Assembly (NCBI GenBank): GCA_963663165.1
Contig: OY760175.1
Coordinates: 4,320,001-4,384,000 of the forward strand
Direction of reading: 5' to 3'
Length of the DNA stretch: 64,000 nt
Source of the DNA: an uncultured Desulfospira sp.
Lineage (GTDB): Bacteria > Desulfobacterota > Desulfobacteria > Desulfobacterales > Desulfobacteraceae
Made by a program: the position numbers and the translations under genes
The notes under the pieces: generated by a model
What the model was told of the DNA's origin: nothing
The model's database searches: none
What the model saw: only the letters and a program-made list of their open reading frames with translations
Shown here: positions 1-8,529 of the stretch, one piece after another
How positions within the stretch are numbered: position 1 is the stretch's first letter
How the letters are laid out: the number at the start of each line of letters is the position of its first letter

Positions 1-2348
1 GGAATGGTTTTGCCTTTGCCCACATGAATGGGCAGGGCCCGGATATCTGAAAGGGATTGCCGGTCGTCTTTAGAAAGCCGCAGCACGATGTCCACGGTCT
101 TGTCTTCTTCCCGAAACTGGCTGACCGGGATGCCTGAAATCTGGGACTGGATGGCAAGGGCCAGGTCGGAACTGGCAACGCCCAGCATTCGGGCCTTGTC
201 CTGGTCTATGGTTAACTCAAGTTTTTTGGTTTTCTCATACCAGTCAAAATTTATTTTTCTTAAGGCCGGATCTGTTGCCATGGCATCCTTGACCTTGCCG
301 GCTATGTCCCGGACCTTGGCGTAATCTGGACCGGAAACCCGCAGCATCACCGGGTAAGGCTCCGGCGGCCCCAGTTGCAGGGTCTGGATATGGCCCCTTA
401 CATGGGGAAACGAGTTGTCCAAAAGGTCCTGGATGTCTTTTTCAAGGGCTTTTCTCTGGTCAAGGCCTTTGGCCACAATGATAAACTGGGCAAAGTTGGA
501 CTGGGGCATGACCGGGTCAAAGGCCAGGACAAACCGCGGCGCACCAGAGCCCACATAAAAGGCAAAATGGTCAATATGGGGATTGTCGGCAATGACCTTA
601 GCAAAGACCCGGGCCTGGTCATCGCAGTTTTCTATGGAAGATCCTTCGGGCAGGGTGAGATCCACCACCAGTTCCGGTCTGACCGAGGCCGGAAAGAACT
701 CGTCCTTAACGTACTTAAAGCCGTGCAGGGCTGCAACAAACCCTGCCAGAGTAATCAACAGCACTACTATCCGGAATTTGAGGCACCAGACCAGGATCCG
801 CCGGAACACCCGGTAGAAGGCTTTGTCATAGATATCTTTATCCTGTTCCGTTGCTTTTACAGGTTTAGCCTTGATCAGGTAGGTCCCGAAAAGGGGCGTG
901 ACCATCACGGAAACCACCCAGGAAATTAAAAGGGACAGGGTGATGACCGGAAAAATGGTATTGCAGAACTCAGCGGAATCCCCCAGGGAAAATCCAATAG
1001 GGATAAACCCGGCACAGGTGATCAGGGTGCCGGTGAGCATGGGAAAGGCTGTGGCCGTGTAGGCAAAGGCGGCGGCTTTTGTTTTTTCCCAGCCCTGTTC
1101 CAGCTTTACCGACATCATTTCCACGGCAATCATGGCATCGTCCACCAAAAGCCCCAGGGAGATGATCAGGGCCCCCAAAGAAACCCGCTGTAAGTCAATG
1201 CCGGATATTTTCATGGAAAGAAAGGTAGCCGCCACCACTAAGGGAATGCACAGGGCCACCACCATGCCGGATCTGAGCCCCAGGCTTAAAAAGCTGACGA
1301 TGAGGATAATGGTAATGGCCTCGCCCAGGGTTTTGATAAATTCGTCAATGGAATCCTTGACCACCCGGGGCTGGTTGGCCACCTGGTGAAGGCTTAACCC
1401 TAAAGGCATGTTTTTTTTTATGCGGGACAGCACGGCGTTAAGTTCCTGGCCAAGCTTCAGGATATTATCCCCCTTTTCCATGGACACGGCAATGCCGATA
1501 GCCGGTTCCCCGTTATAGTACATCATGGGTTCGGGCGGATCAGCATAGGCCCTTTTGATGGTGGCAATATCCGCCAGCCGGAAGGTCCGGCCCAAAACCC
1601 GGATGGGCAGGTTGCGCAAATCGTTGATGTTGTCGAACAGGCCTGTGACCCGGACAAAGACGTTATCTTGGGAGGTTTGAACCATGCCCGACGGGGTGAC
1701 GGTGTTCTGCTTTTTGATAATGGCCGCCACCAGCAGGGGGTCAATCCCTAAGCGCGCAAGCTTCTGGCTGTCCATTTCAATATAGATTTTTTCAGGCTGG
1801 ACCCCTAAAAGGGTCACCTTTTTAACACTTTTTATTCCCAACAGCTCCTGGCGGATGCCTTCGGCCTTAAGGCGCATGTCTTCATAGGAAAACCCGTCGG
1901 ATGTCAGGGCGTAGATATTGCCGTAGACATCGTCAAACCGGTCGTTGAAATAGGGTCCCATAATTCCTGAAGGCAGTTCGTCTTTGATGCCTTGAACCAT
2001 GTTCCGGACTTCAAGCCAGGTGGGCCTGATGTTTTCGGGGGAGACGGTTTCCTTAAGATTGACAAGGATGACGGCCTGCTGGGGCCTTGAAGTGCTTTCA
2101 AGGTAGTCCAGGCCCGGGGTGTCCTGAAGTTCTTTCTCGATTTTATCGGTGACCTGCTGTTCCACTTCCACGGCCGATGCTCCGGGCCAGCCCACGGCCA
2201 CAATCATTTTTCTGATGGTGAAGTTGGGGTCTTCCATCCGCCCCATGCCCTGGTAGGCATAGGCCCCGGCCAGGGCGGTCATGAAGATGATAAACCAGAT
2301 GAGCTGCCGGTGGTTTAAGGACCATTCCGTGAGATTGAAGTGTTTCAT
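1..2348 (-). CDS. RND efflux permease (AcrB/AcrD/AcrF family), 3' part runs off the window
   Basis: Not in ORF track because there is no stop in the window. Translated by hand from ATG at 2348: MKHFNLTEWSLNHRQLIWFIIF...GRMEDPNFTIRKMIVAVGWPGASAVEVEQQVTDKIEKKLQ; TM motif GLLVDDAMIAVE near 1100-1160. ATGA overlap with the upstream adaptor gene. Confidence 0.93.
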   Translation of the reverse strand, partial: MKHFNLTEWSLNHRQLIWFIIFMTALAGAYAYQGMGRMEDPNFTIRKMIVAVGWPGASAVEVEQQVTDKIEKELQDTPGLDYLESTSRPQQAVILVNLKETVSPENIRPTWLEVRNMVQGIKDELPSGIMGPYFNDRFDDVYGNIYALTSDGFSYEDMRLKAEGIRQELLGIKSVKKVTLLGVQPEKIYIEMDSQKLARLGIDPLLVAAIIKKQNTVTPSGMVQTSQDNVFVRVTGLFDNINDLRNLPIRVLGRTFRLADIATIKRAYADPPEPMMYYNGEPAIGIAVSMEKGDNILKLGQELNAVLSRIKKNMPLGLSLHQVANQPRVVKDSIDEFIKTLGEAITIILIVSFLSLGLRSGMVVALCIPLVVAATFLSMKISGIDLQRVSLGALIISLGLLVDDAMIAVEMMSVKLEQGWEKTKAAAFAYTATAFPMLTGTLITCAGFIPIGFSLGDSAEFCNTIFPVITLSLLISWVVSVMVTPLFGTYLIKAKPVKATEQDKDIYDKAFYRVFRRILVWCLKFRIVVLLITLAGFVAALHGFKYVKDEFFPASVRPELVVDLTLPEGSSIENCDDQARVFAKVIADNPHIDHFAFYVGSGAPRFVLAFDPVMPQSNFAQFIIVAKGLDQRKALEKDIQDLLDNSFPHVRGHIQTLQLGPPEPYPVMLRVSGPDYAKVRDIAGKVKDAMATDPALRKINFDWYEKTKKLELTIDQDKARMLGVASSDLALAIQSQISGIPVSQFREEDKTVDIVLRLSKDDRQSLSDIRALPIHVGKGKTI

Positions 2349-3457
2349 TTTTCCGCCCCTTGGATTCTGACGGCCTGGCCCTCCAATAGCTTGTGAACCC
2401 CGGCAACAGCAATGACATCCCCGGCGGACAGGCCGTCCAAGACCTGGATGGTATCATCCCTGCCAACAGGCCCGAGACGGATTTTGCGCAGGTGGGCGGC
2501 CTGGTTTTCAATTGCCCAGACCATGGGGGTACCGCCGGTCTGGTATACGGCGCAAAGGGGGATGAAGATCCGGCTGACGGCAAGGTCATTGTGGGCCAGG
2601 CTGACGGCTGAAGCGGTCATGCCCAGGCGGACTGAGTCCGGGGGATCAATCAGGGTGACCCGGGCCTTGTAGGTCCGGGTGACGGGATCGGCCACCGGGG
2701 AAATATACCGGACCTGTCCCGTAACGGTTATTCCGGGAAGTGCCCAGAACGTGGCGTTAAACGGAGCCCCGGGATGGAATTCTTCCACCTGGTTTTCCGG
2801 CACAAACATCTCAATTTCCCGTTCGGTCCCGGTGGCCATGATGACCACTGGCTGGCCCGCTCCCACCACCTGGCCGGTTTCCGCCCTGACATCCAGGACC
2901 ACACCGCTGCTGTCAGCCGTAAGGGCGCAATAGCTTAGCTGGTTGGCGGCCTGGGTGAGCTGGGCCCGGGCCTGTTTTAACACGGCCGCTGCCGAATCCG
3001 CCCCATTCTGGTAGCGGTCTAATTCGGCCTTGCTCATGAAATCCTGGTCATAAAGGGCCTTGAACCGTTTGAGCAGGTCAGAGGCCAGCTTGGACTGGCT
3101 GGCCGCGGCCTCCACCTGGGCCCGGGCTGCGGTGACCGCTTCTTTGATATCTTTGGGATCAAGTGCCATGAGAACATCTCCCGTATTGACCCGGGTGCCG
3201 GTTTCCACATGCCGGGCGATGACCTTGCCCGGGACCCTGAAGCCTAAGGCCGTTTCGGTCCGGCCCCGGACCTCGCCGGAAAACACATGGGCCAAATGGC
3301 TTTGGGAAGGTGAAATGGTCATGGCGGCCACAAGGACAGGGGCCTCAGGTTCCGGCTGTTTTTCGTCACGGGCCAGGGGATTTTTACAGCCCGAGACAGA
3401 AAGTACGGCCATACAGATCAGTGCAAGGGCAAAACGGCGGGTTATGGCTTGGTTCAT
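2345..3457 (-). CDS. RND efflux periplasmic adaptor (membrane fusion protein), probable lipoprotein
   Basis: ORF 2345..3505; likely start MNQAITRRF at 3457. Signal ending VSGC; motifs LGFRVPGKV, G(T)RVNTGDVL, ADPVTRTY, GLSAGDVIAVAG. Confidence 0.92.
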   Translation of the reverse strand: MNQAITRRFALALICMAVLSVSGCKNPLARDEKQPEPEAPVLVAAMTISPSQSHLAHVFSGEVRGRTETALGFRVPGKVIARHVETGTRVNTGDVLMALDPKDIKEAVTAARAQVEAAASQSKLASDLLKRFKALYDQDFMSKAELDRYQNGADSAAAVLKQARAQLTQAANQLSYCALTADSSGVVLDVRAETGQVVGAGQPVVIMATGTEREIEMFVPENQVEEFHPGAPFNATFWALPGITVTGQVRYISPVADPVTRTYKARVTLIDPPDSVRLGMTASAVSLAHNDLAVSRIFIPLCAVYQTGGTPMVWAIENQAAHLRKIRLGPVGRDDTIQVLDGLSAGDVIAVAGVHKLLEGQAVRIQGAEK

Positions 3458-3464
3458 GGCAGGT

Positions 3465-4874
3465 CTACTCCTTTCCCATGGCGCGTTCCAGTTCGGATAC
3501 CGCAATGTTGTACATGCTCAGGGCATGGATATGATTGGTTTTGGCCCGGGTAAACGAAACTTCGGCATCCAGGCGTTCCAGGGAGGTGCTCAGGCCCACC
3601 CGGTACCGGGTTCGGGCGGCGTCTAAGGCTTCCCGGGCCGTGGCAAGGGATTTTTGGGCCACCCCGATGGAGGCCATTGCGGCCTGGGCGTTGTGGAAGG
3701 CCTTTTCCACTTCAAGGCGGATACCCCGGCCCAGCTCCTTTGTGGCGGTCTGGGCCTTTTCAAGCTGGATCCGGGCCTGGGCTGTCTCATGCTTCACCCG
3801 GCCGTGATCATACAGATCCATGCTGGCCACAAGGCCGATCTGGGCGGACGGGTCTTCGTTTTCCGGTTCATAATGGTGGACTTCTCCCACCAGGGCCAGC
3901 AGGGGCAGCCGTTTGCTGTTGGCAATGGTGATCTGCTCCTTGGCCATTTTAATTCTGGCCTGAAATGCGTCCAGTTCCGGCCGGCTTTCAAGGGCGGTTT
4001 TAATGCAGGTATCCAGATCGTGGATCAGGGGCACACACCCGGGGTCGTCCCCAAAGGCAAATATCGTGTTCATGTCCACCCCGAGAACATAATTAAGGGA
4101 TGACCTTGCCAGGTTAACATTATTGTGGGCGTATAGCTGCTGCTGTTTTAAATCGGCCAGCTTTTCCTCAGCCCTGAGCAGGTCAAGTTTGGGCACGATT
4201 TTCTGGTCATGGGCAGCCGTTGCCTCTTTGACGTGTTCTTTCATGCTGATAACAGCTTCGTCCATGGCCCGGGCCATCTGCCGGGCCAGAATCACCGTAT
4301 AAAAGGCTTTTTTGGCGGACAGGGCCAGGTCGTTGTCTGAAGCGGCCATATTTTTTTGGGCATTTTCAAGGTTGGCCTGGGCCAGGCGGCGGGTGGCACT
4401 GAGTTTGTCGCCCGTATACAGGGGCTGGGTCACCTTGATTCCGGCGCCATAGTAAGTCCGGCTGTCATCGGGCATGGAAAGTTCCGGCACCTGGCCGTAG
4501 GTCATGGCGGACAGGGCGTTGTTGAGCTGAACAAGCCCCTGGTTGGTCTGAAGAATGCTGGGCGGATCATCGTACCGGTAAAGGCCGGCCTCCAGGGTCA
4601 GGGTCGGCCCGAATGCCGATTTTGCCCGGGCCAGGCCCTCATGGGCCATATCAATGTCCTGTCCTGACATGCGCCGTTTCAGGCTGTTTTCAAGGGCGAT
4701 CTCAACGGCCCGGTCCTTGGTAAGGGCCTCCTGAGGCCCCTCCCAAGGAACCTCCTGGGCCCGGCAAATCCCCGGTCCGGATCCGGGAACTGAAACCAGA
4801 CATATGGCCCCGGCCATAAAGAAGAAAACAAACCGGTTGAAAATTCTAAGATTCTTCATAAAAAAGCCTTTCAT
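3465..4874 (-). CDS. TolC-family outer membrane efflux protein
   Basis: 469 aa, N-terminal signal, two helical OEP-like halves, C-terminal RYRVGLSTSLERLDAE...LERAMG; lies in the RND operon. Confidence 0.9.
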   Translation of the reverse strand: MKGFFMKNLRIFNRFVFFFMAGAICLVSVPGSGPGICRAQEVPWEGPQEALTKDRAVEIALENSLKRRMSGQDIDMAHEGLARAKSAFGPTLTLEAGLYRYDDPPSILQTNQGLVQLNNALSAMTYGQVPELSMPDDSRTYYGAGIKVTQPLYTGDKLSATRRLAQANLENAQKNMAASDNDLALSAKKAFYTVILARQMARAMDEAVISMKEHVKEATAAHDQKIVPKLDLLRAEEKLADLKQQQLYAHNNVNLARSSLNYVLGVDMNTIFAFGDDPGCVPLIHDLDTCIKTALESRPELDAFQARIKMAKEQITIANSKRLPLLALVGEVHHYEPENEDPSAQIGLVASMDLYDHGRVKHETAQARIQLEKAQTATKELGRGIRLEVEKAFHNAQAAMASIGVAQKSLATAREALDAARTRYRVGLSTSLERLDAEVSFTRAKTNHIHALSMYNIAVSELERAMGKE

Positions 4875-4898
4875 TAATCAAAAGCAGGTTTTGTTGTT

Positions 4899-5555
4899 TT
4901 ATGCTTTTGAAAAGGGTTCGGTCGTTTGGGGCCTGAGGGCTGCAAGAATCAGTTGCCTGACCTTGGGAAACAAATGGGCAAAGCCGCTGGTGTCCGACGG
5001 CGGTCTGTCCAGGGCTGCCTGAAGTTCGCTTTCCACGGGCAGGGCCAGATGATGCAAAATCAGGGTGCCAATGATCATGGTGTGAACGGCCAGGGGGTCT
5101 GTCGGGGCAAACACCCCTTTTTGTATCCCATCGTTTATGACGGATTGAAGCATTTTAAAGGTAACGCCGACCTCCTCAAATACCATCTGGTCAAAATGGG
5201 TCCACCCGGAAACCATTTCCCGGACCATGATTCTTGTAAAATGAGGGTGGGCTTCCATGATGTCGGCCACCGTAGCCATGTACACGGAAAGTTTTTCCTG
5301 GGGGGTCGATTGGGTCTCAATTTCCCGGCTCAGCTGCTGCGCCTTGTCGCTGTATGCGTCCTTGACCACGGCCTGGTACAGGGCAAGTTTATTGCCGATC
5401 CGATAGTAAATCATGGCTTTGTTCACCCCGGCCTTTTCGGCAATGTCGTCCATGCGGGCACTGTTAAACCCCCGGGCGGCAAAAATCAGCAGCGCCGCAT
5501 CCAGTATGTTGCGGATGGTCTTGTCTTTTTTATCCTGTCTCAGGGTTGCGGCCAT
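4899..5555 (-). CDS. TetR/AcrR family transcriptional regulator
   Basis: HTH ILDAALLIFAARGFNSARMDDIAEKAGVNKAMIYYRIGNK; first gene of the efflux operon. Confidence 0.95.
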   Translation of the reverse strand: MAATLRQDKKDKTIRNILDAALLIFAARGFNSARMDDIAEKAGVNKAMIYYRIGNKLALYQAVVKDAYSDKAQQLSREIETQSTPQEKLSVYMATVADIMEAHPHFTRIMVREMVSGWTHFDQMVFEEVGVTFKMLQSVINDGIQKGVFAPTDPLAVHTMIIGTLILHHLALPVESELQAALDRPPSDTSGFAHLFPKVRQLILAALRPQTTEPFSKA

Positions 5556-5608
5556 GGTTTGATTCCTTCCCTCCCGAACATGCGGTTACCGTTCGGGTTG
5601 TATAAAAG

Positions 5609-5626
5609 TTTAACTCAACAGTTAAA
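5609..5626. promoter_or_regulatory. Candidate TetR operator palindrome TTTAACT-caac-AGTTAAA
   Basis: Perfect 7-bp inverted arms about 55-70 bp upstream of the tetR start, overlapping a possible minus-strand TGGACA...TATTTT promoter. Confidence 0.5.
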
Positions 5627-5663
5627 ATAATCAGTTGATTTTTGTTGTCCAGAAAAATTTTTT

Positions 5664-7095
5664 CTGATTATATCGGATTTTGGGGAGGGCTTCGGTACCC
5701 ACCCAAAGAAGCCGAAATGTAAAGGTTATGCAACCAGTTGTCGTGATATCTAAATTGATTCAGCCTTTCAGCTGGGCTTTTGAATCCGTTATGCCTTTTG
5801 ACGGTTTCCGGGTTGTAAGGAGCAAAATTATGAATGAGTGTCCATCCTCGAATGCTCAGTTGCGCTGCATCCATTACTCCATGAAAATATTGAGTGCTGA
5901 ACAGATGGCGATCCATTCTTTGCATCAATCTGTCAACCATGTTGCTCGTTCTGTGTGCCTTGGGATGATCATAGGCGTTTCTGTATGAAACAATATTTTT
6001 CCGTAATTTGTTTATGGGGTCTGATATAACATTCGGAGCATCTTGCTTTTTGCACCATTCGATCAACCTCCTGATTCGCTGTGAAAATGATATTTTGCTT
6101 TCAGCCCGATAACAATCCCATAGTTTTGATGCTGTTTCATCAAAAATGTCTCTGTATTTCTTCTTTGCCCTATCACGAATTTTTATGAATACATGCAAAA
6201 AACAACAAACGATGGCTACCGATGGAAAAAGGCTTTTCCATGCCTGCCGGGTAGCTTTCCATCCGTCTATATTGACGGTCTCCGGAGAATATTCAGGCCG
6301 AAGGCATTGGGCTTCATCCCGGTAAAATTGATAAGCTCCAGTCAAGGCTTGTTTTCCAGCATTTTGAGCAACAGACGCTCCAAGAATGCAGCCATTTCCA
6401 ACAGTTGTTGCCACATAAGTTTTTTCTCCCAGAATCCGGGTATGCTTCTCATCCGCCGCAAGATGTTGCGGGATGTCTTCCGGTTGTCGGATGGTTGTTC
6501 CAACGATACTATTGCGACCAAGTGACTGCTCAATCCGGTACCAATACATTGGATCCTTACCGAAAATGTGGCTCAGTGCCCAGAAGGGCACATTAAATTT
6601 TCGCATAAAAAGAGCTTTTTCAACCTCATCGACCAAGCCGGTGAGATAGGGTGTCACAAAGGAAGGGCGGACTGTGTAAGCAATGCCGGACATCTCGATT
6701 CGCCGAATAGGGATCAACATTTTTTTTGAGTGATAGATATCTTTCATTCGATATCCTTCTCTGGAAATTTCAGCTGGAAATAGTTCCGGGAAAAGCTCAA
6801 TCCTTTCATTGAGACAGTTCCGAAATTTGTCAGGATTTTGAATGTTGTCATTATAATCATCTTGAGAAAAAGGCACACATATGGTTCTATGGTTTCGGAT
6901 TGCGGATTCTGTATCTGTTTCCCACATATAGTTAGAGACCTCCTTGGCGGGTTTGGTCTCTAACTATATGAAATTATTGACAAAAAGTCTAGTCGGAATT
7001 CCCTTTGATTTCAATGGGTTACGAAAAAGTTTTTTACCCCCTTCCAATGATTAGAGCGGTTTTGGCCTCTGTTCCCCTAAATCCGTTATAATCAG
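5664..7095 (-). mobile_element. Insertion sequence, 1432 bp, DDE-type transposase, family uncertain
   Basis: TIRs CTGATTATATCGGATTTTGGGGA and (reverse complement of right end) CTGATTATAACGGATTTAGGGGA, 21/23 match; 8-bp direct repeat AATTTTTT at 5656-5663 and 7096-7103. Confidence 0.9.
5668..6927 (-). CDS. Putative transposase (RNase H/DDE fold with CxxH motif, IS256/ISH6/MULE-like)
   Basis: Fills the TIR-bounded element. Acidic motifs LAADEKH, VNIDGW, RTSNMVDR and CFLH. Confidence 0.8.
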   Translation of the reverse strand: MWETDTESAIRNHRTICVPFSQDDYNDNIQNPDKFRNCLNERIELFPELFPAEISREGYRMKDIYHSKKMLIPIRRIEMSGIAYTVRPSFVTPYLTGLVDEVEKALFMRKFNVPFWALSHIFGKDPMYWYRIEQSLGRNSIVGTTIRQPEDIPQHLAADEKHTRILGEKTYVATTVGNGCILGASVAQNAGKQALTGAYQFYRDEAQCLRPEYSPETVNIDGWKATRQAWKSLFPSVAIVCCFLHVFIKIRDRAKKKYRDIFDETASKLWDCYRAESKISFSQRIRRLIEWCKKQDAPNVISDPINKLRKNIVSYRNAYDHPKAHRTSNMVDRLMQRMDRHLFSTQYFHGVMDAAQLSIRGWTLIHNFAPYNPETVKRHNGFKSPAERLNQFRYHDNWLHNLYISASLGGYRSPPQNPI

Positions 7096-7158
7096 AATTT
7101 TTTAAATTGGGGTCTTGTAACTATTCAGCTAACGCTGAAAATAAGCAAAAATCAGGGT

Positions 7159-7270
7159 CCGTAACTGTTCATCAGTGCCTCATATTTGTTTAGTCAGGAC
7201 TTCGTAGCATACTTTTGCTCTGTGAGAAGGCCTGAATGAGCGAAGATGGGGCACTGCTGAACAGTTACGG
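7159..7270. repeat. MITE/REP-like inverted-repeat element (GTAACTGTTCA...TGAACAGTTAC family)
   Basis: Arms CCGTAACTGTTCATCAGTGCCTCAT and ATGGGGCACTGCTGAACAGTTACGG. The right arm recurs at 33147-33385, split by a MITE. A degenerate short relative lies at 7118-7146. Confidence 0.75.
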
Positions 7271-7276
7271 GGGCTT

Positions 7277-7316
7277 GTAAGAAAATTTCTGACACAACAA
7301 TCAGAAAACTTCCAAT
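7277..7316. promoter_or_regulatory. Tandem imperfect palindromes upstream of the TRAP operon (candidate response-regulator sites)
   Basis: GTAAGAAAATTTCTGAC (7277-7293) and ATCAGAAAACTTCCAAT (7300-7316). Assignment to the neighbouring NarL/LuxR regulator is inference. Confidence 0.35.
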
Positions 7317-7403
7317 TGTTGCATTGGTTTTCCCTTGGTAGGTTGCCATGTTAGAGAGAAAGAGGGGTTTCGTTTTTTTTAAATCATTTAAAGGAGGATC
7401 GCA

Positions 7404-8366
7404 ATGAGAGGGAAAAGTTTATTGGTTGCCGGATTGATTGCCGTGTTAGCGTTTGGATTAAGCCAGTCTGCTTTTGCTAAAACCCGTGTGGTTTTCGGTG
7501 GGGGGCCGGCCGGTGGAACGTTTCAGGTGGTTGCCAACAGCATTCAGGTTTATAAACCCATAAAAGAGGTTGCCGAATTCAAGGTCCAGGCCCAGTCTTC
7601 GGGCGGATCCACTGAAAACTTAAGAAAGACCGATGCCGGACGGCAGCAGATGAGCGTGGTCTATTCCGGCCATGTCTACTTAGGACGTAACGGCCGGCTG
7701 GCAAACGACACCAAAAAGTATGAAAACGTTCTGGCCGTTGCCTGGCTTTATGGCGCACCGGCTCAGCTGATCATCCGCAAAGATTCGGGCATCAAGTCTG
7801 TCAAAGACCTGGTGGGGAAAAAAGTGGGCGTGGGCAATGCCGGCTCCGGCGCATTTGCCAACTGTGAACTGTTTTTCAAACACATGGGCGTCTGGGACAA
7901 GATTGAAAGAAACGCCATGGGGTATAATGATGCGGCCCAGGCCTTTGGAAACAATCAGCTGGATGCCTTCTGGCTGTTTACCGCCTTTCCTTCAGGCGCC
8001 GTTATCATGGCGGCCCAGACCAATGACATTGCCATGGTGGACCTGGATGCCGATGCTGTAAATTCCAAATTCTATGACCAATATCCTTATTTTGCCAAAC
8101 TTTCGGTTCCGGCCAACACTTACAAGGGTGTTGATCACGATGTGCCGTCTTTTCAGGATTCCGCCCTCTGGGTGGCCAACTCAAAGGTTCCTGATGACGT
8201 GGTTTATCAAATGCTGTCCATCATCTACACAGACGAGGGACTGGCCCACATGAAAGCCCAGAAAAAAACATTTAAGAATATGTCTGTTAAAACCGGTGCC
8301 GACGGTGTTGTCACACCGTTTCATCCCGGAGCCGAAAAGTTCTGGAAAGAAAAAGGCATCTTATAA
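7404..8366 (+). CDS. TAXI-family TRAP transporter solute-binding subunit
   Basis: Signal peptide; GGGPAGGTF, SSGGSTENL, DLVGKKVGVGNAGSG, PFHPGAEKFWKEKG; AAGGAGG RBS. Confidence 0.95.
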   Translation: MRGKSLLVAGLIAVLAFGLSQSAFAKTRVVFGGGPAGGTFQVVANSIQVYKPIKEVAEFKVQAQSSGGSTENLRKTDAGRQQMSVVYSGHVYLGRNGRLANDTKKYENVLAVAWLYGAPAQLIIRKDSGIKSVKDLVGKKVGVGNAGSGAFANCELFFKHMGVWDKIERNAMGYNDAAQAFGNNQLDAFWLFTAFPSGAVIMAAQTNDIAMVDLDADAVNSKFYDQYPYFAKLSVPANTYKGVDHDVPSFQDSALWVANSKVPDDVVYQMLSIIYTDEGLAHMKAQKKTFKNMSVKTGADGVVTPFHPGAEKFWKEKGIL

Positions 8367-8387
8367 AGTTAATTAAAAATGGTTATT

Positions 8388-8432
8388 TTCCGTACCCGGG
8401 ACACCCCTTTCCCGGTACGGAATCCCCTTTTT
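8388..8432 (+). terminator. Intercistronic stem-loop / partial terminator after the solute-binding gene
   Basis: TTCCGTACC(C)GGG...CCCGGTACGGAA followed shortly by a T tract; a second hairpin GCCTGGTT/AACCAGGC at 8439-8459. Confidence 0.55.
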
Positions 8433-8480
8433 TAAGCCGCCTGGTTATTTAAACCAGGCCCATCCTTAACAAGAACAAAA

Positions 8481-8515
8481 GCTAACCGCTAATGGCTAAA
8501 AGCTAACAGCTAAAA
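8481..8515 (+). repeat. Heptamer tandem repeat (GCTAANN)x5
   Basis: gctaacc-gctaatg-gctaaaa-gctaaca-gctaaaa; three more related units at 10596-10616. Confidence 0.8.
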
Positions 8516-8529
8516 ACGAAAGGCAAACC

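Noticed and set aside
6977..7005. TTGACA inside the IS as an outward promoter for the TRAP operon
   Set aside because: No acceptable -10 hexamer at 16-18 bp.
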